From: Alphaproteobacteria bacterium
Lineage (GTDB): Bacteria; Pseudomonadota; Alphaproteobacteria; UBA828
NCBI GenBank assembly: GCA_963422645.2
Contig: CAXXVO010000011.1
Coordinates: 64,001 to 128,000, forward strand
Direction: 5' to 3'
Length of the DNA: 64,000 nt
Shown: positions 1 through 11,335 of the stretch, one piece after another
Position numbering within the stretch: the stretch's first letter is position 1
Layout: every line of letters begins with the position of its first letter
Notes under the pieces: model-generated
Databases searched by the model: none
Seen by the model: the letters and a program-made list of their open reading frames with translations, nothing else
Told to the model about the DNA's origin: nothing
Made by a program: the position numbers and the translations under genes

Positions 1-1
1 G

Positions 2-214
2 GCGAAGCTGATCGAGATTCTCGACGGGCTGCGGACAGAGGCCCCGATCCTGCTGGTCGAGCACGACATGGATGCGGTCTTCGCCCTTGCGGACCGTATC
101 TCCGTCATCGTCTACGGCCGCATCATCGCAAGCGGAACGCCGGAGCAGATACGTGCCAACGAGGAGGTGCGCCGCGCCTACCTCGGGGACGAGGGCCATG
201 ACGGCCCTGCTTGA
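2..214 (+). CDS. Branched-chain amino acid-type ABC transporter ATP-binding protein (LivG-like), 3' part only
   Basis: Hand translation ...[47 protein letters not shown] (H-loop plus the typical C-terminus); stop TGA at 212-214. Confidence 0.85.
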   Translation, partial: AKLIEILDGLRTEAPILLVEHDMDAVFALADRISVIVYGRIIASGTPEQIRANEEVRRAYLGDEGHDGPA

Positions 215-887
215 GGTCGCGGGCGTCACCGCCTTCTACGGCTCCTCGCAAGCGCTCTTCGGCGTCGACCTTGCCGTCGGCGAAGGCGAGGTGGTGGCGC
301 TCATGGGCCGCAACGGCATGGGCAAGACCACCACCATCAGGACGATCTGCCGCATGATGCCGCACCGCGAAGGCCGCATCGCCTTCGCCGGCCACGACCT
401 CGCGCGCCTGCCCTCGCACAGGGCGGCCTGGCTCGGCCTCGGGCTGGTGCCGGAGGGCCGGCGCTGCTTCCCAACTCTGACAGTACGCGAGAACCTGATC
501 GCCGCCGCCCGTCCCGGCCACTGGAGCTTGAACCGCGTCGTGGCGCTCTTCCCGCAGCTGGCGGAGCGCCGCAATCAGAAGGCCAACACGCTCTCCGGAG
601 GCGAGCAGCAGATGCTCGCCATCGGCCGGGCGCTGATGACCAATCCCCGGCTGCTCATCCTGGACGAGGCAACGGAAGGGCTCGGCCCCCTCATCCGCCG
701 CGAAATCTGGTCGGTGATCGCGACGCTCAAGGAGGCAGGCCTTTCCATCCTCGTCGTCGACAAGTCGCTCAAGGAGCTCACCGCCGTCGCCGAGCGCTGC
801 GTGATCCTGGAGAAGGGCGCGACCTGCTGGTCCGGCGCCAGCGCCGACCTCACGCCGGCATTGACCGACCGATACCTGGGGGTTTGA
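198..887 (+). CDS. Branched-chain amino acid-type ABC transporter ATP-binding protein (LivF-like)
   Basis: Walker A GRNGMGKT, signature LSGGEQQ, Walker B ILDE; ATG at 198 overlaps the upstream gene. Confidence 0.9.
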   Translation: MTALLEVAGVTAFYGSSQALFGVDLAVGEGEVVALMGRNGMGKTTTIRTICRMMPHREGRIAFAGHDLARLPSHRAAWLGLGLVPEGRRCFPTLTVRENLIAAARPGHWSLNRVVALFPQLAERRNQKANTLSGGEQQMLAIGRALMTNPRLLILDEATEGLGPLIRREIWSVIATLKEAGLSILVVDKSLKELTAVAERCVILEKGATCWSGASADLTPALTDRYLGV

Positions 888-899
888 GGCCGCCGCCCC

Positions 900-1721
900 T
901 CAGAAGCTGATCGTCTTGAAGGCCTTGGTCTGCGCGGTCATCGCGACCTCAGTGGGCAGGCGCTCCATGCTGCTCGCACCGTAGAAGCCGTGCACGTGCC
1001 GGGCGTTCTGCAGCACATAAGTCGCGTCCTCGGGCGAGGCGATGGGCCCGCCGTGGCAGAGCACGATGACGTCCTTGCGCACGGCCATGGCCGCGAGTGC
1101 CCACGCGTCGATCAGCGAGACGCACTCCGCCAGCGACTTCGCCGTCTGCGCGCCGATGGTGCCGCTCGTGGTAAGCCCCATGTGGCAGACGATGATGTCG
1201 GCGCCGGCCTCCGCCATGGCGACCGCGTCGTCCTCCGAGAAGACGTAGGGCGTGGTGAGCAGGTCGGCCTCGTGCGCCGCGCGGATCATCTCGACTTCCG
1301 GGCCGAAGCCCATGCCGGTCTCTTCCAGGTTGGCGCGGAAGACGCCGTCGATGAGGCCGACGGTCGGGAAGTTCTGTACGCCCGAGAAGCCCAGCGCCTT
1401 CAGCTCGTCCAGGAACCGGTCAAGCACCATGAAGGGGTCGGTGCCGTTGACGCCCGCCAGCACCGGCGTGTGGTGCACGACAGGGATCACCTCGTGGGCC
1501 ATCTCCTTCACGATCTCGTTGGCGTTGCCGTAGGCGAGCAGGCCCGCAAGCGAGCCCCGCCCGGCCATGCGGTAGCGGCCCGAGTTGTAGATCACGATGA
1601 GGTCGATGCCGCCGGCCTCCTCGCACTTGGCCGAGAGCCCGGTGCCCGCGCCGCCGCCGATGATCGGCTCGCGGCGGGCGACCATGCCCTGAAACTTCTC
1701 CAGCAGCGTTCGGCGGTCCAT
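900..1721 (-). CDS. Phosphoenolpyruvate hydrolase-like TIM-barrel protein (homologous to the plant Tm-1 C-terminal domain)
   Basis: [37 protein letters not shown] and [12 protein letters not shown] motifs; alternative GTG start at 1730. Confidence 0.85.
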   Translation of the reverse strand: MDRRTLLEKFQGMVARREPIIGGGAGTGLSAKCEEAGGIDLIVIYNSGRYRMAGRGSLAGLLAYGNANEIVKEMAHEVIPVVHHTPVLAGVNGTDPFMVLDRFLDELKALGFSGVQNFPTVGLIDGVFRANLEETGMGFGPEVEMIRAAHEADLLTTPYVFSEDDAVAMAEAGADIIVCHMGLTTSGTIGAQTAKSLAECVSLIDAWALAAMAVRKDVIVLCHGGPIASPEDATYVLQNARHVHGFYGASSMERLPTEVAMTAQTKAFKTISF

Positions 1722-1748
1722 GCCCGGCACCGGCGCTCTCCCAGGGGC

Positions 1749-2948
1749 TCAGGCGGCGATCTCGTTCCAGCTCTCGATGAGAGCCTGGGCGAAATCGGCG
1801 TCGTTGATGTGGAGGGGCAGGCGGATCAGGCGCCTTGCCGGGGTCTGCTCGACCGTCCGCTCCAGCGCCTCGAAGAGGGCGGCGTCGGCGTCCGGGTCGT
1901 GAAAGGGCATCCCCGGCGCGTCGATCAGCGAGACCCCCTGCTCCGGGATCAGGAAGCGCACCGGCCCCTGGCAGGCGTTGAGCTTCGCCCCGATCCATTC
2001 GCCCATGGCGCGGTTCTCCTCCGCCGTCGTGCGCATCAGCGTCACGTTGGGATTGTGGATATGGAATGTGCGGCCTTCGTATTGCGCGGGCACGCTCTCG
2101 CGCGCGCCGAAGTTCACCATGTCGAGCGCCCCGCAGGAGCCCACGTAGGGCAGGCCGGTCCGGGCGAAGGCGCCGAGCCGGTCCCCGCCCGCGCTGAAGA
2201 CGCCGCCCATCAGGTGGTCGCACACCTCCGTCGTGGTGCTGTCGATGCAGCCCATCACCAGGCCGGAGTCGACCAGCTTCTCCATCGACTGCCCGCCGGT
2301 CCCGGTCGCGTGGAAGACCAGGCAGTCGTGGCGCGTCTCCAGCGCCGCGCGGACCATGTCGACGCAGGGCGTGGTCACGCCGAACATGGTGAGGCCGACG
2401 GCGGGCTTGTCCTCGGCCGCCGGCGCCTCGCCCCGCATCATGCCGGCGAGCGCGTGCGCCGCGTTGGAGAGCACCACCCGAGAAATCCGATTGAGCCCGG
2501 CGATGTCCACCACCGAGTACATCATGGTGATGTCGTTGGGCCCGACGTAGGGCGCGACGTTGCCCGAGGCGACGGTCGAAACCAGCACCCTCGGCACCCC
2601 GATGGGGAGCGCCTGCATGCCGATGGAAACGAGCGCGGTGTTGCCGGAGCCGCCGGCCCCGATCACGCCGCCGATGTCGTCGCGCGTCGGCAGGAAGCGC
2701 GCCAGCGCCTCGCCCATGGCGGCGACCGCCTGACCCCGGTCCTCCAGGCCGAGCACCGCGTCGGCGCCCTCCGGATGGTGGGCCGCGACCTCCGCCGCGC
2801 TCACGTCCACGCCGGCGGGCCGGTCGGCACCTCCGGTACCCACGTCCACGACGCACGCCTGCACTCCGTCCGCCGCGAGCAGGTCGCGGATGTAGAGCAG
2901 CTCCGCGCCCTTGGTGTCGAGGGTGCCGACGATATAGGCCCGCGTCAT
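1749..2948 (-). CDS. Tm-1-like ATP-binding domain protein (UPF0261)
   Basis: GTLDTKGx[19 protein letters not shown] and GALDMVNFG motifs. Confidence 0.85.
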   Translation of the reverse strand: MTRAYIVGTLDTKGAELLYIRDLLAADGVQACVVDVGTGGADRPAGVDVSAAEVAAHHPEGADAVLGLEDRGQAVAAMGEALARFLPTRDDIGGVIGAGGSGNTALVSIGMQALPIGVPRVLVSTVASGNVAPYVGPNDITMMYSVVDIAGLNRISRVVLSNAAHALAGMMRGEAPAAEDKPAVGLTMFGVTTPCVDMVRAALETRHDCLVFHATGTGGQSMEKLVDSGLVMGCIDSTTTEVCDHLMGGVFSAGGDRLGAFARTGLPYVGSCGALDMVNFGARESVPAQYEGRTFHIHNPNVTLMRTTAEENRAMGEWIGAKLNACQGPVRFLIPEQGVSLIDAPGMPFHDPDADAALFEALERTVEQTPARRLIRLPLHINDADFAQALIESWNEIAA

Positions 2949-2979
2949 CGCCCCGCTCCCGCGTCTTCCCTGCGCGCGC

Positions 2980-4317
<1,338 letters not shown>

Positions 4318-4719
4318 GGACCGGGCACCTGGAATCGTGGTTGGCGTGGAAGCGCGCGATCCTAGCCCGGAACTCCCGCCGCGGCCACGGCCCGCGCGCC
4401 ATCCACCGACGCGCGCTGGCGCGCGATGGGGACGGTGCGGGCAGCCAACAAATTTCTTGGCGGGATACGCCGGGATCGAGCGGGACAGGAGGGATGGCCT
4501 GCTTGCGCTCTTACCTGCGCGAAGGGACCAACACGCGGCACGCGATGCCGTGCGGGCGCTGAGGGCCCGCCTATCTCCCCCGTCGCGGCCCATTCGATCT
4601 TGCACCCCATGCCGCGATGCTGGCGCACCTGCCCCGCGCCGTACCCCGCACCATGGTCCGGCTCGCGGGCGCGGTCAGGTGATGTCTCGCGCGCGAGAAG
4701 ACGATCAATCCATGCCGCG

Positions 4720-4850
4720 CTAAACCGCGTCCTCCCGCTCCCGCCAGTGACGGGCGATGTCGATGCCGCGGCAGAGCCAGACCCGGTCCTGGGTCAGCAC
4801 GTGGTCAATGAGTCCCCGCAAGGCAGCGAAACGGCCCGGACGGCCACGAT
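4720..4850 (-). pseudogene. C-terminal remnant of an allantoinase PuuE / polysaccharide deacetylase
   Basis: GRPGRFAALRGLIDHVLTQDRVWLCRGIDIARHW resembles the PuuE C-terminus; upstream sequence is replaced by unrelated lower-GC DNA. Confidence 0.7.
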
Positions 4851-4982
4851 CTAGAACCCGTCGGGTCTCATCCAATACATGCCCTTGGCGCTCGTCATCC
4901 AAATAGTACCTCTCCCTGCGGCGGCCGCTAATTCAATCAGCGGCAACGACCGGATACGGAAGGTGCCGTCGAACTCCAACCT

Positions 4983-7541
4983 CAGAACTCCTGACATGGT
5001 GCAATTTCAAATGGCGGAAAGAGCCGGGGGCTGGAAGACGAATCGGAGTTGCGTTCCCGGATAGAGGTGCGATTCGGCGGTGAGATTTTCGCAGAGATGA
5101 GCGAGAGCGCGGTTGAATCGCGGGTTGGCCATGGAGTGGAAGCGGAGGATGAGTATCTGTCGTTCGGGTCGCGGGATCATGTCGGCCGGAAGCTGGTAGA
5201 CCGCCTTGAGGAAAGTGCGGCCCTCCTCGGCATCGCGCATGAACAGCGGTGCGATCATGGGCAGCATCGCACTCTCGGCGCGGTATGCGATCATGCGGAT
5301 CAGGTCGGTGAAGCGCTTGCGTTCGATCTCGAGACGAACGATGTCCGCCTCGTCCATCACGGTCTTGGCCGACACCTTCTTCGGCAAGGCTCTCTTCCCG
5401 GCCCGGATCTCCTTGAGGATACGGTCGAACTCGCCGATCCATTCCCTGATGTCCGGCAGGTCCGGATCGCTCGGCTTCCGGTCGCGCAGTTCGCCGTAGC
5501 GAATGCGAAGCTTGTCGAGCGCCTTCTTCACGATCTTCCGGCTTTTCTCCAGAGCCTTGATCTGAGGATTTGCCATCGGGCGGTCGGGGTCTGCGGCTTC
5601 TGCGGCATAGCTGCACCGATGGTCGAGGGCGTATTCCTGGCGCATGTATTTGAAGTAGTTCTCCTGCCGCCATCGCGCGAACATCCGGGCGGCGACGGCG
5701 CCGGTCGACAGGTCGGTGCGCGTGGTCACGATCGAGGTCTGGTGGCCGTTGTCGCATAGCCTGCGAACTTCGCGCACTGTCAGAGAGTCACCGCCCCCGG
5801 TGCTGAGCGCGAGCGGCTTTTCGGCCAGCTTCCAGGTCATCGGCTTGCCTGCCTTCTGCCGGCCGCTCGGATCGACAACGGTGACGAAGTCCTGCTGTGG
5901 CCAGGGGGCGTAGCGACCCTTGCGATAGGTCATGATGTCGAAGCCGGCGATCGACCAGCGCTGGAAGGCAGCCGGGCTCCAGGCGCCGCGATCGAACACC
6001 ACGGTCGGCCGCGGCCCGGCGCCGACCTCGTCGCGGATTTTCGGGAGAACCGCGTTCTCAAGCATCGACAGCAGGTCGTCATTGGCTTCGGCGGTGACGA
6101 AGAACCAGGGCTGCGCCTGCGCGTCGTTCACCCAGGTATCGGAGGTCGCCGGCATGCACAGCCGACGCTGCGGCGACCAGGTCTTCGGGATCTTGTACTT
6201 GCGGCCATGATAGGGCCGGACATGGCCGTCGACATAGAGATAGCCCAGCGCCTCGGGGCGCGCCCAACGCCGGGCCAGCGCATCGGCGAAGTGGCGCGCC
6301 TTGCCCATGGCGCCGATTTCCGCGAGCTTGCGGCGCAAGGTCTTCACCTCCGGCGCGCGGTCGAGGCCGAGCAGCAGGCCGAGTTCGCCCGGCGCATGGG
6401 CTTTGAGCTGCTCCGGCGTGCGTATCCGCAGCAGCGCCATGAAGGTGAGCAACAACAGCACGCTGCACAGACCGAAGAAGCCCTTCTTGAGATGGCCGTA
6501 GGCTTGCTCGCCGGCCGCGAACAGGCCCTGATCCAGCACCGCCGGCAGCGCCAGCAGCACACCGGCTCCCGGCACCGCTTCCGCCGCCTGCACCTGCATC
6601 GGCGCCTCCGTCAGGCGGCCGGCCATCGCCAGAGTCCGTTCCTCAATCCGCTTGACGGCAACACCGGCGCTGCACTGCGCATCCGCCGCCGAACGCAGCG
6701 ACGGTCCCGGCCCGGTCTCCAGGATGCCCTGTGGGAGCGACAACGATACCGGCGCTTCCGTTCGCTGAGCGCCCGGCGCCGGTGCAGCTGCAACCGAACC
6801 CTGCGCCGGCCCGGCACCCTTGCCTCCTCGCGCCGTCCGCTTGCCCGGCCGCACCAGCTTGCCGGTCTTGATCGCCGCCCTGACGCACCCTTCCGAGACC
6901 CCGACGGCACGCCCTGTTGCCGACACGCTCGCACCTGCGTCGAGCAGCTCCTGTGCCAGGGTGAGCTCGGCCCCGGCCAGCTTGTATCCTTTTCTTGGAC
7001 GCGGCTTCGCGATGAGCGCCTCCAGCCCACCGTCGAGATACTTGTCACGATTGCGCCGGACGGTCTGCCCGCTGACACCCATCGCCCTTGCCAGAGCTTC
7101 GGCTGAGACCAGACGCTGTGCAGTGAGCATCGCCATTGCGTGGCGTTTCCCGAGGGCATCGTCTTCGGCATAGGTGAAGATCGGGCCCGCGCTGTTGAAA
7201 AAGACGACCCTTCCGTCCTCTTCGACCATTGCGAGCGTCTCGGAGATGACGATGGCGTTTTCCGGCCACAGCGGAAACTGAAGCTGCATCGGCTATGTTC
7301 CTGAACCGCGTTGTGCCCCTTTGCCGCGCATTGTAAGCGAGTTCGGCTGCTCACTACGAGGCCCCTTTACAGCGCCCATATCATTGACATTAGTTGGAAT
7401 ACCCTGCTATTCTGACCGCTTCTTTCTGCCGCTCGTCCCGCATCTTTTCGCCTCAACACTTGACATTACGAAGGTCGGCCGGCGGTTCCCAAAACATTCT
7501 CAATGATTCAATCACTTACCAGCGTAATGTCAGGAGTTCTG
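4983..7541 (-). mobile_element. Complete IS element A (unclassified large DDE IS), 15 bp terminal inverted repeats, 5 bp target duplication AACCT
   Basis: CAGAACTCCTGACAT at 4983-4997 and ATGTCAGGAGTTCTG at 7527-7541; AACCT at 4978-4982 and 7542-7546. Confidence 0.92.
5007..7289 (-). CDS. 760 aa DDE transposase with two N-terminal HTH-like segments
   Basis: YVDGHVRPYHG (D1), VFDRGAWS (D2), MFARWRQENYFKY (E); lies inside the inverted repeats. Confidence 0.85.
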   Translation of the reverse strand: MQLQFPLWPENAIVISETLAMVEEDGRVVFFNSAGPIFTYAEDDALGKRHAMAMLTAQRLVSAEALARAMGVSGQTVRRNRDKYLDGGLEALIAKPRPRKGYKLAGAELTLAQELLDAGASVSATGRAVGVSEGCVRAAIKTGKLVRPGKRTARGGKGAGPAQGSVAAAPAPGAQRTEAPVSLSLPQGILETGPGPSLRSAADAQCSAGVAVKRIEERTLAMAGRLTEAPMQVQAAEAVPGAGVLLALPAVLDQGLFAAGEQAYGHLKKGFFGLCSVLLLLTFMALLRIRTPEQLKAHAPGELGLLLGLDRAPEVKTLRRKLAEIGAMGKARHFADALARRWARPEALGYLYVDGHVRPYHGRKYKIPKTWSPQRRLCMPATSDTWVNDAQAQPWFFVTAEANDDLLSMLENAVLPKIRDEVGAGPRPTVVFDRGAWSPAAFQRWSIAGFDIMTYRKGRYAPWPQQDFVTVVDPSGRQKAGKPMTWKLAEKPLALSTGGGDSLTVREVRRLCDNGHQTSIVTTRTDLSTGAVAARMFARWRQENYFKYMRQEYALDHRCSYAAEAADPDRPMANPQIKALEKSRKIVKKALDKLRIRYGELRDRKPSDPDLPDIREWIGEFDRILKEIRAGKRALPKKVSAKTVMDEADIVRLEIERKRFTDLIRMIAYRAESAMLPMIAPLFMRDAEEGRTFLKAVYQLPADMIPRPERQILILRFHSMANPRFNRALAHLCENLTAESHLYPGTQLRFVFQPPALSAI

Positions 7542-7544
7542 AAC

Positions 7545-8084
7545 CTAGACTCGCGGAGGGATCTCTGGCTTCATCCGCTTGACTAAGTCTTTGTCGATCT
7601 TCGAACAAATGTCTTCGTTCAATAGTATTTTACCAGTCGAACACTGACCCACGCCCAGTCCAAGACGGAATAGTTCAAATCCTGACCGCGTTGGAGCTAC
7701 TACAATTCCGGGCGTCTTGACCCAATCGAATTTTACATGTTCCGCATCTCCCCAAGCCATATTATTCGATATTAGCCCGTCATCCATGAGTCCATGCAAA
7801 GAGTGAGAAATTGTATCCGAGCTGCGTTCCTGTAACTCTTCTGGCCTCGCGTCGTCATAGACACCCATTTCGCGCAGATAGGAGTCAAAGGACAAAAGTA
7901 TTTGAAGTTTCTGGACTTGTCTGTTGTCATTAATATTAGCTCTAGATCCGAAGTGCCCGATCAGAACACAAGAATAAATCAAGTAATGCGACTTAATTTG
8001 CGCAGACGACATATTTTGTATTATCTTTAGCGCCCTGATGCCTCGATCGTCTCTTCCATCTCGTGTCCTCGATGCGGCAAGTAT
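7545..8084 (-). pseudogene. 5'-truncated AT-rich foreign gene of unknown function
   Basis: Frame stays open from the IS end at 8084 (ILAASRTRDGRDDRGIRALKIIQNMSS...) to TAG at 7545-7547; markedly AT-rich. Confidence 0.6.
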
Positions 8085-8305
8085 CAGACTTCCTGACCTC
8101 TGCTGATTTTAGGTGACACGAGCCGCGCGGATTCCGAGGCCCCGTCGATGTCGTAGACTATGCGCAGACGGGTGCCGGGGAAGACCGTTTCGGTGGCGTT
8201 CAGGTCGCTCAGAACCGCATCGATCCAACGGTCGCAGGCGTCGTTTGCGAGGCCAAGAATGTGGACCCGCAGGAGGCCATTGCCAGGATCCGGCAGGATG
8301 TCGGC
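8085..8305 (-). mobile_element. Orphan 221 bp right end of IS element B
   Basis: Reverse complement of 35668-35888, starting CAGACTTCCTGACCTCTGCTGATTTTAGG; cut off by the MITE at 8306. Confidence 0.92.
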
Positions 8306-8755
8306 TGTGGGCGGACGAAAGTCGTTGTGAATCGGGTTAAGGGGTGGAATCAGGCGGAAGGGTACGGAAGATGGCGGAATCTCAAGGGGATGCGGGGCGT
8401 CGTCAACGGCGGGTGCGTCGCGGCGGGCGGACGAAAGTCTTTGCGAATCCGGTCTGGAAGCGACCGTGAATCGGCTGGAAACGATGATTTTCGGGGCGTT
8501 TCAGGGGTGCTGAAAGGCCTGTAAATCGGGGCGGTTCCGGGGGTGTCGCAAGACCCCTGAAACGCCCCGAAAATTGCCGTTTCCAGCCAATTCACGGCCT
8601 CTGCACGGCCCGATTCGCAAAGACTTCCGTCCGCACGCCAGCCGCCGCACCGCCACCGTGCCGCCGCGCATCCCCTTGAGATTCCGCCACCTTCCGCCCG
8701 ATTCCGCCTGATTCCACCCCTTGACCCGATTCACAACGACTTTCGTCCGTCTACA
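8306..8755. mobile_element. 450 bp non-autonomous palindromic element (MITE) with TGT...ACA, Tn7-like ends
   Basis: Arms ~8306-8508 and ~8553-8755 are imperfect inverted repeats; ends TGTGGGCGGACGAAAGTCGTTGTGAATC and GATTCACAACGACTTTCGTCCGTCTACA; no coding capacity and no target duplication. Confidence 0.85.
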
Positions 8756-9192
8756 GCCGGCTCGTCGGCATCGGCTCGCTGCTGGTGCGCCACGCCGGCG
8801 GCGGCGGGGCCGACACGCTCGACGGTAACATGATCGTGCCGATCGACTTGTTGCCGCCGATCCTGGACGACATGCAGACGCTGGGCCGCACCCAGCACCC
8901 GCCGCGGCCTTGGCTCGGCGCCTATGTGACCGAAGTCGACGAGGCGCTCGTCGTCGCCGGCCTCGCGCCGGAGGGGCCGGCCGAGCAGGCGGAACTGCAG
9001 GTCGGCGACCAGGTGCTCGCGGTGAACCGACAGCCGGTCAGCAGCCTTGTCGAGCTCTTCCGCAGCGTCTGGGCGGTGGGCGCGGCGGGCGTTGCCGTGC
9101 CCCTCACCGTCATGCGGAACGGCGAGCCCCACGAAGTGCGGGTACTGAGCGCAACCCGCGACGAGTTTATGAAGACCCCGCAGCTGCACTGA
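8756..9192 (+). pseudogene. C-terminal remnant of an S1C (trypsin-like) serine protease with PDZ domain
   Basis: RLVGIGSLLV...NMIVPIDLLPPIL...RPWLGAY...GPAEQAELQVGDQVLAVN; 5' part lost at the MITE boundary. Confidence 0.8.
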
Positions 9193-10084
9193 CGACGCCG
9201 GGCGTGAGCCAGGCCGCGCCGCGCAGGCCGCTCTCCGGCCCGAAGCGCGCGCGGACCAGCCGGGTGGTGGGCCGGGCCACGCTCGCGTGCTCGCCCCAGG
9301 CGGCAGGCACGAGGCGATAGAGCGCCGCGATCTCCGAAAGGCCGCCGCCCAGCACAATCACGTCGGGGTCGAGCAGGTTGATGACGCCGGCGAGCGCTTG
9401 GGCCAGGCGCTCGGCATAGCGGGTCACGGCGTCCGCCGCCCGAGCCTCCCCTGCCGCCGCCCGCGCGCCGATCTCTGCGGCCGTGGCCTGGCCGCCGCCA
9501 AGCGCAGCGTAATCGCGCGCGAGCGCCGCCCCGTTGAGCCAGGTTTCGACGCAACCTTGGGCGAAGCGTCCGCAGGCGCAAGGCACGCCGGCTCCCTCAG
9601 GCGTGGGCCACGGGTTGTGCCCCCACTCGCCGGCGGTGGCGTTGGCGCCCACCAGGGCCTCGCCCCGCACCACCAGCCCACCGCCCACGCCAGTGCCGAG
9701 GATCACACCGAACACCACCTCCGCCCCTGCGGCGGCGCCGTCGGTGGCTTCGGAGAGGGCGAAGCAGTTGGCGTCGTTGGCGAGCGAGACCGGGCAACCC
9801 AGCCGCACCTCCAGGGCCCGGCGCAAGGGCTGCCCTTCGAGCCAGGGCAGGTTGACGATCATGCTGATCTCGCCGTCCCGGGTGATGATGCCGGGGAGGC
9901 TCACGCCCACGCTGGGCGCGTGCACGCCTGCGCCCGCGAGCTCAACCACCATATCGGTGACCGCGTCGACCATACCGTCGAAGCTCCTCGGCACCGGCCG
10001 GCGGAAGCGCGCGCGCTCCTGCCCGTCGTCGTCGAGGCCGATGGCGGCGAGCTTGGTGCCGCCGATATCGAAGCCGATGTGCAT
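9167..10084 (-). CDS. ROK family sugar kinase (probable N-acetylglucosamine or hexose kinase)
   Basis: DIGGTK, NDANCFALSE, GTGVGGG, GEWGH and CxCG motifs; directly downstream of nagA. Confidence 0.88.
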   Translation of the reverse strand: MHIGFDIGGTKLAAIGLDDDGQERARFRRPVPRSFDGMVDAVTDMVVELAGAGVHAPSVGVSLPGIITRDGEISMIVNLPWLEGQPLRRALEVRLGCPVSLANDANCFALSEATDGAAAGAEVVFGVILGTGVGGGLVVRGEALVGANATAGEWGHNPWPTPEGAGVPCACGRFAQGCVETWLNGAALARDYAALGGGQATAAEIGARAAAGEARAADAVTRYAERLAQALAGVINLLDPDVIVLGGGLSEIAALYRLVPAAWGEHASVARPTTRLVRARFGPESGLRGAAWLTPGVVSAAAGSS

Positions 10085-10090
10085 CGTCCC

Positions 10091-11242
10091 CTACTGTACC
10101 CCCAATGTGTCGCTGCGCTCCCCGCCGATCCAGGTGGCGCAGACGTGGAGGTCATCGTCGAGCCAGACCAGATCGGCGTGGAGCCCCGGCGCAAGCCGGC
10201 CCCGGCTCTGGGCAAGCCCGAGAAAATCCGCCGGATAGGCGGCGGCCATGGCCAGGGCCTCTTCGAGCGGGATGCCGGCGTGGGCGACGCAGTTCCTCAC
10301 AGCCTGCCCCATATCCAGAAGCGAGCCGGCGAGCCGGCCGTCGGCCGTGCGCAGGCAGCCCTCCACCGCACGCACGCACTCACCGCCCAGGCTGAATTCG
10401 TCGAGGGCAGGTGCACCGACGGGCGCCATCGCGTCGGTGACCAGAAACAACTTGCCGCGGGGTTTCGCTCGCCATGCGAGACGGACCACGTCCCAATGCA
10501 CGTGGACGCCATCGACGATGATGCTGCAGGCGAGGTGGTCGCGTGTGAGCGCCTCACCGGCAGAGCCCAGCTCGCGGTGGCCGAGGGGGCTCATGGCATT
10601 GAACAGGTGGGTCACGCCGCTCAGCTTCGGTGCCGCCATATGGAAGGCATGGGCGTCGGCCTCGGTGTGGCCGGCGGCGACGATGACGCCGCGCTCCGCA
10701 AGCGTGGTGATGTGGTCGAGCTCCACGCACTCCGGCGCAAGCGTGACGAGGGTCCGCCCCGCGCCGAGCGAGGCGAGCAGGTCGATGTCGTCGTCGCCCA
10801 GCGGTGCGATTGCGCGTGGGTCGTGGGCCCCGCGCCGCGCCAGGTTGATGTGGGGACCTTCGAAGTGAATGCCCAGAACCCCCGGCACGGCCCGATCGAG
10901 CGCCCCCCGCACCGCTTCAACCGCCCGGACCATGTCGTCGCGCGGGCCGGAAATGAAGGTCGGCAGGAAAGCGGTGGTGCCTGAGGCGCGATGGGACCGG
11001 CCGATCGTGGCAATGGTCGCTGCTGTCGGTGCGTCGTTGAACATCACGCCGCCGCCGCCATTGACCTGGAGGTCGATGAACCCGGCGGCGAGCGTGCCCC
11101 CCGCGAGCCGCGTGATGCGCGCTTCAGCGGGGATCGCGTCCTCCGCCACGATGTCGCGGATGGTGCCGCGCTCCAGCAGCAGGGCGCGGCCGGAGACGAA
11201 ACCTTCCGGCGTGTGCAGCCGGGCACCGGTCAGGGCTTCCAT
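10091..11242 (-). CDS. nagA: N-acetylglucosamine-6-phosphate deacetylase
   Basis: GFIDLQVNG, HFEGPH, THLFNAM, DGVHV, LVTDAM and LAGSLL motifs. Confidence 0.93.
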   Translation of the reverse strand: MEALTGARLHTPEGFVSGRALLLERGTIRDIVAEDAIPAEARITRLAGGTLAAGFIDLQVNGGGGVMFNDAPTAATIATIGRSHRASGTTAFLPTFISGPRDDMVRAVEAVRGALDRAVPGVLGIHFEGPHINLARRGAHDPRAIAPLGDDDIDLLASLGAGRTLVTLAPECVELDHITTLAERGVIVAAGHTEADAHAFHMAAPKLSGVTHLFNAMSPLGHRELGSAGEALTRDHLACSIIVDGVHVHWDVVRLAWRAKPRGKLFLVTDAMAPVGAPALDEFSLGGECVRAVEGCLRTADGRLAGSLLDMGQAVRNCVAHAGIPLEEALAMAAAYPADFLGLAQSRGRLAPGLHADLVWLDDDLHVCATWIGGERSDTLGVQ

Positions 11243-11335
11243 CGGCTCTCTAGCAGCCTCTGCCGGGAAACGGGTTCGCCGGCGCGAGGCGGAATGTTAG
11301 TGTCGGTGCGAAGATCACGGAACCGGGTGTAAGCC

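Noticed and set aside
8306-8755. CRISPR array or intact Tn7/CAST
   Set aside because: The repeats are inverted and irregular with no spacers; no tns or cas genes in the window
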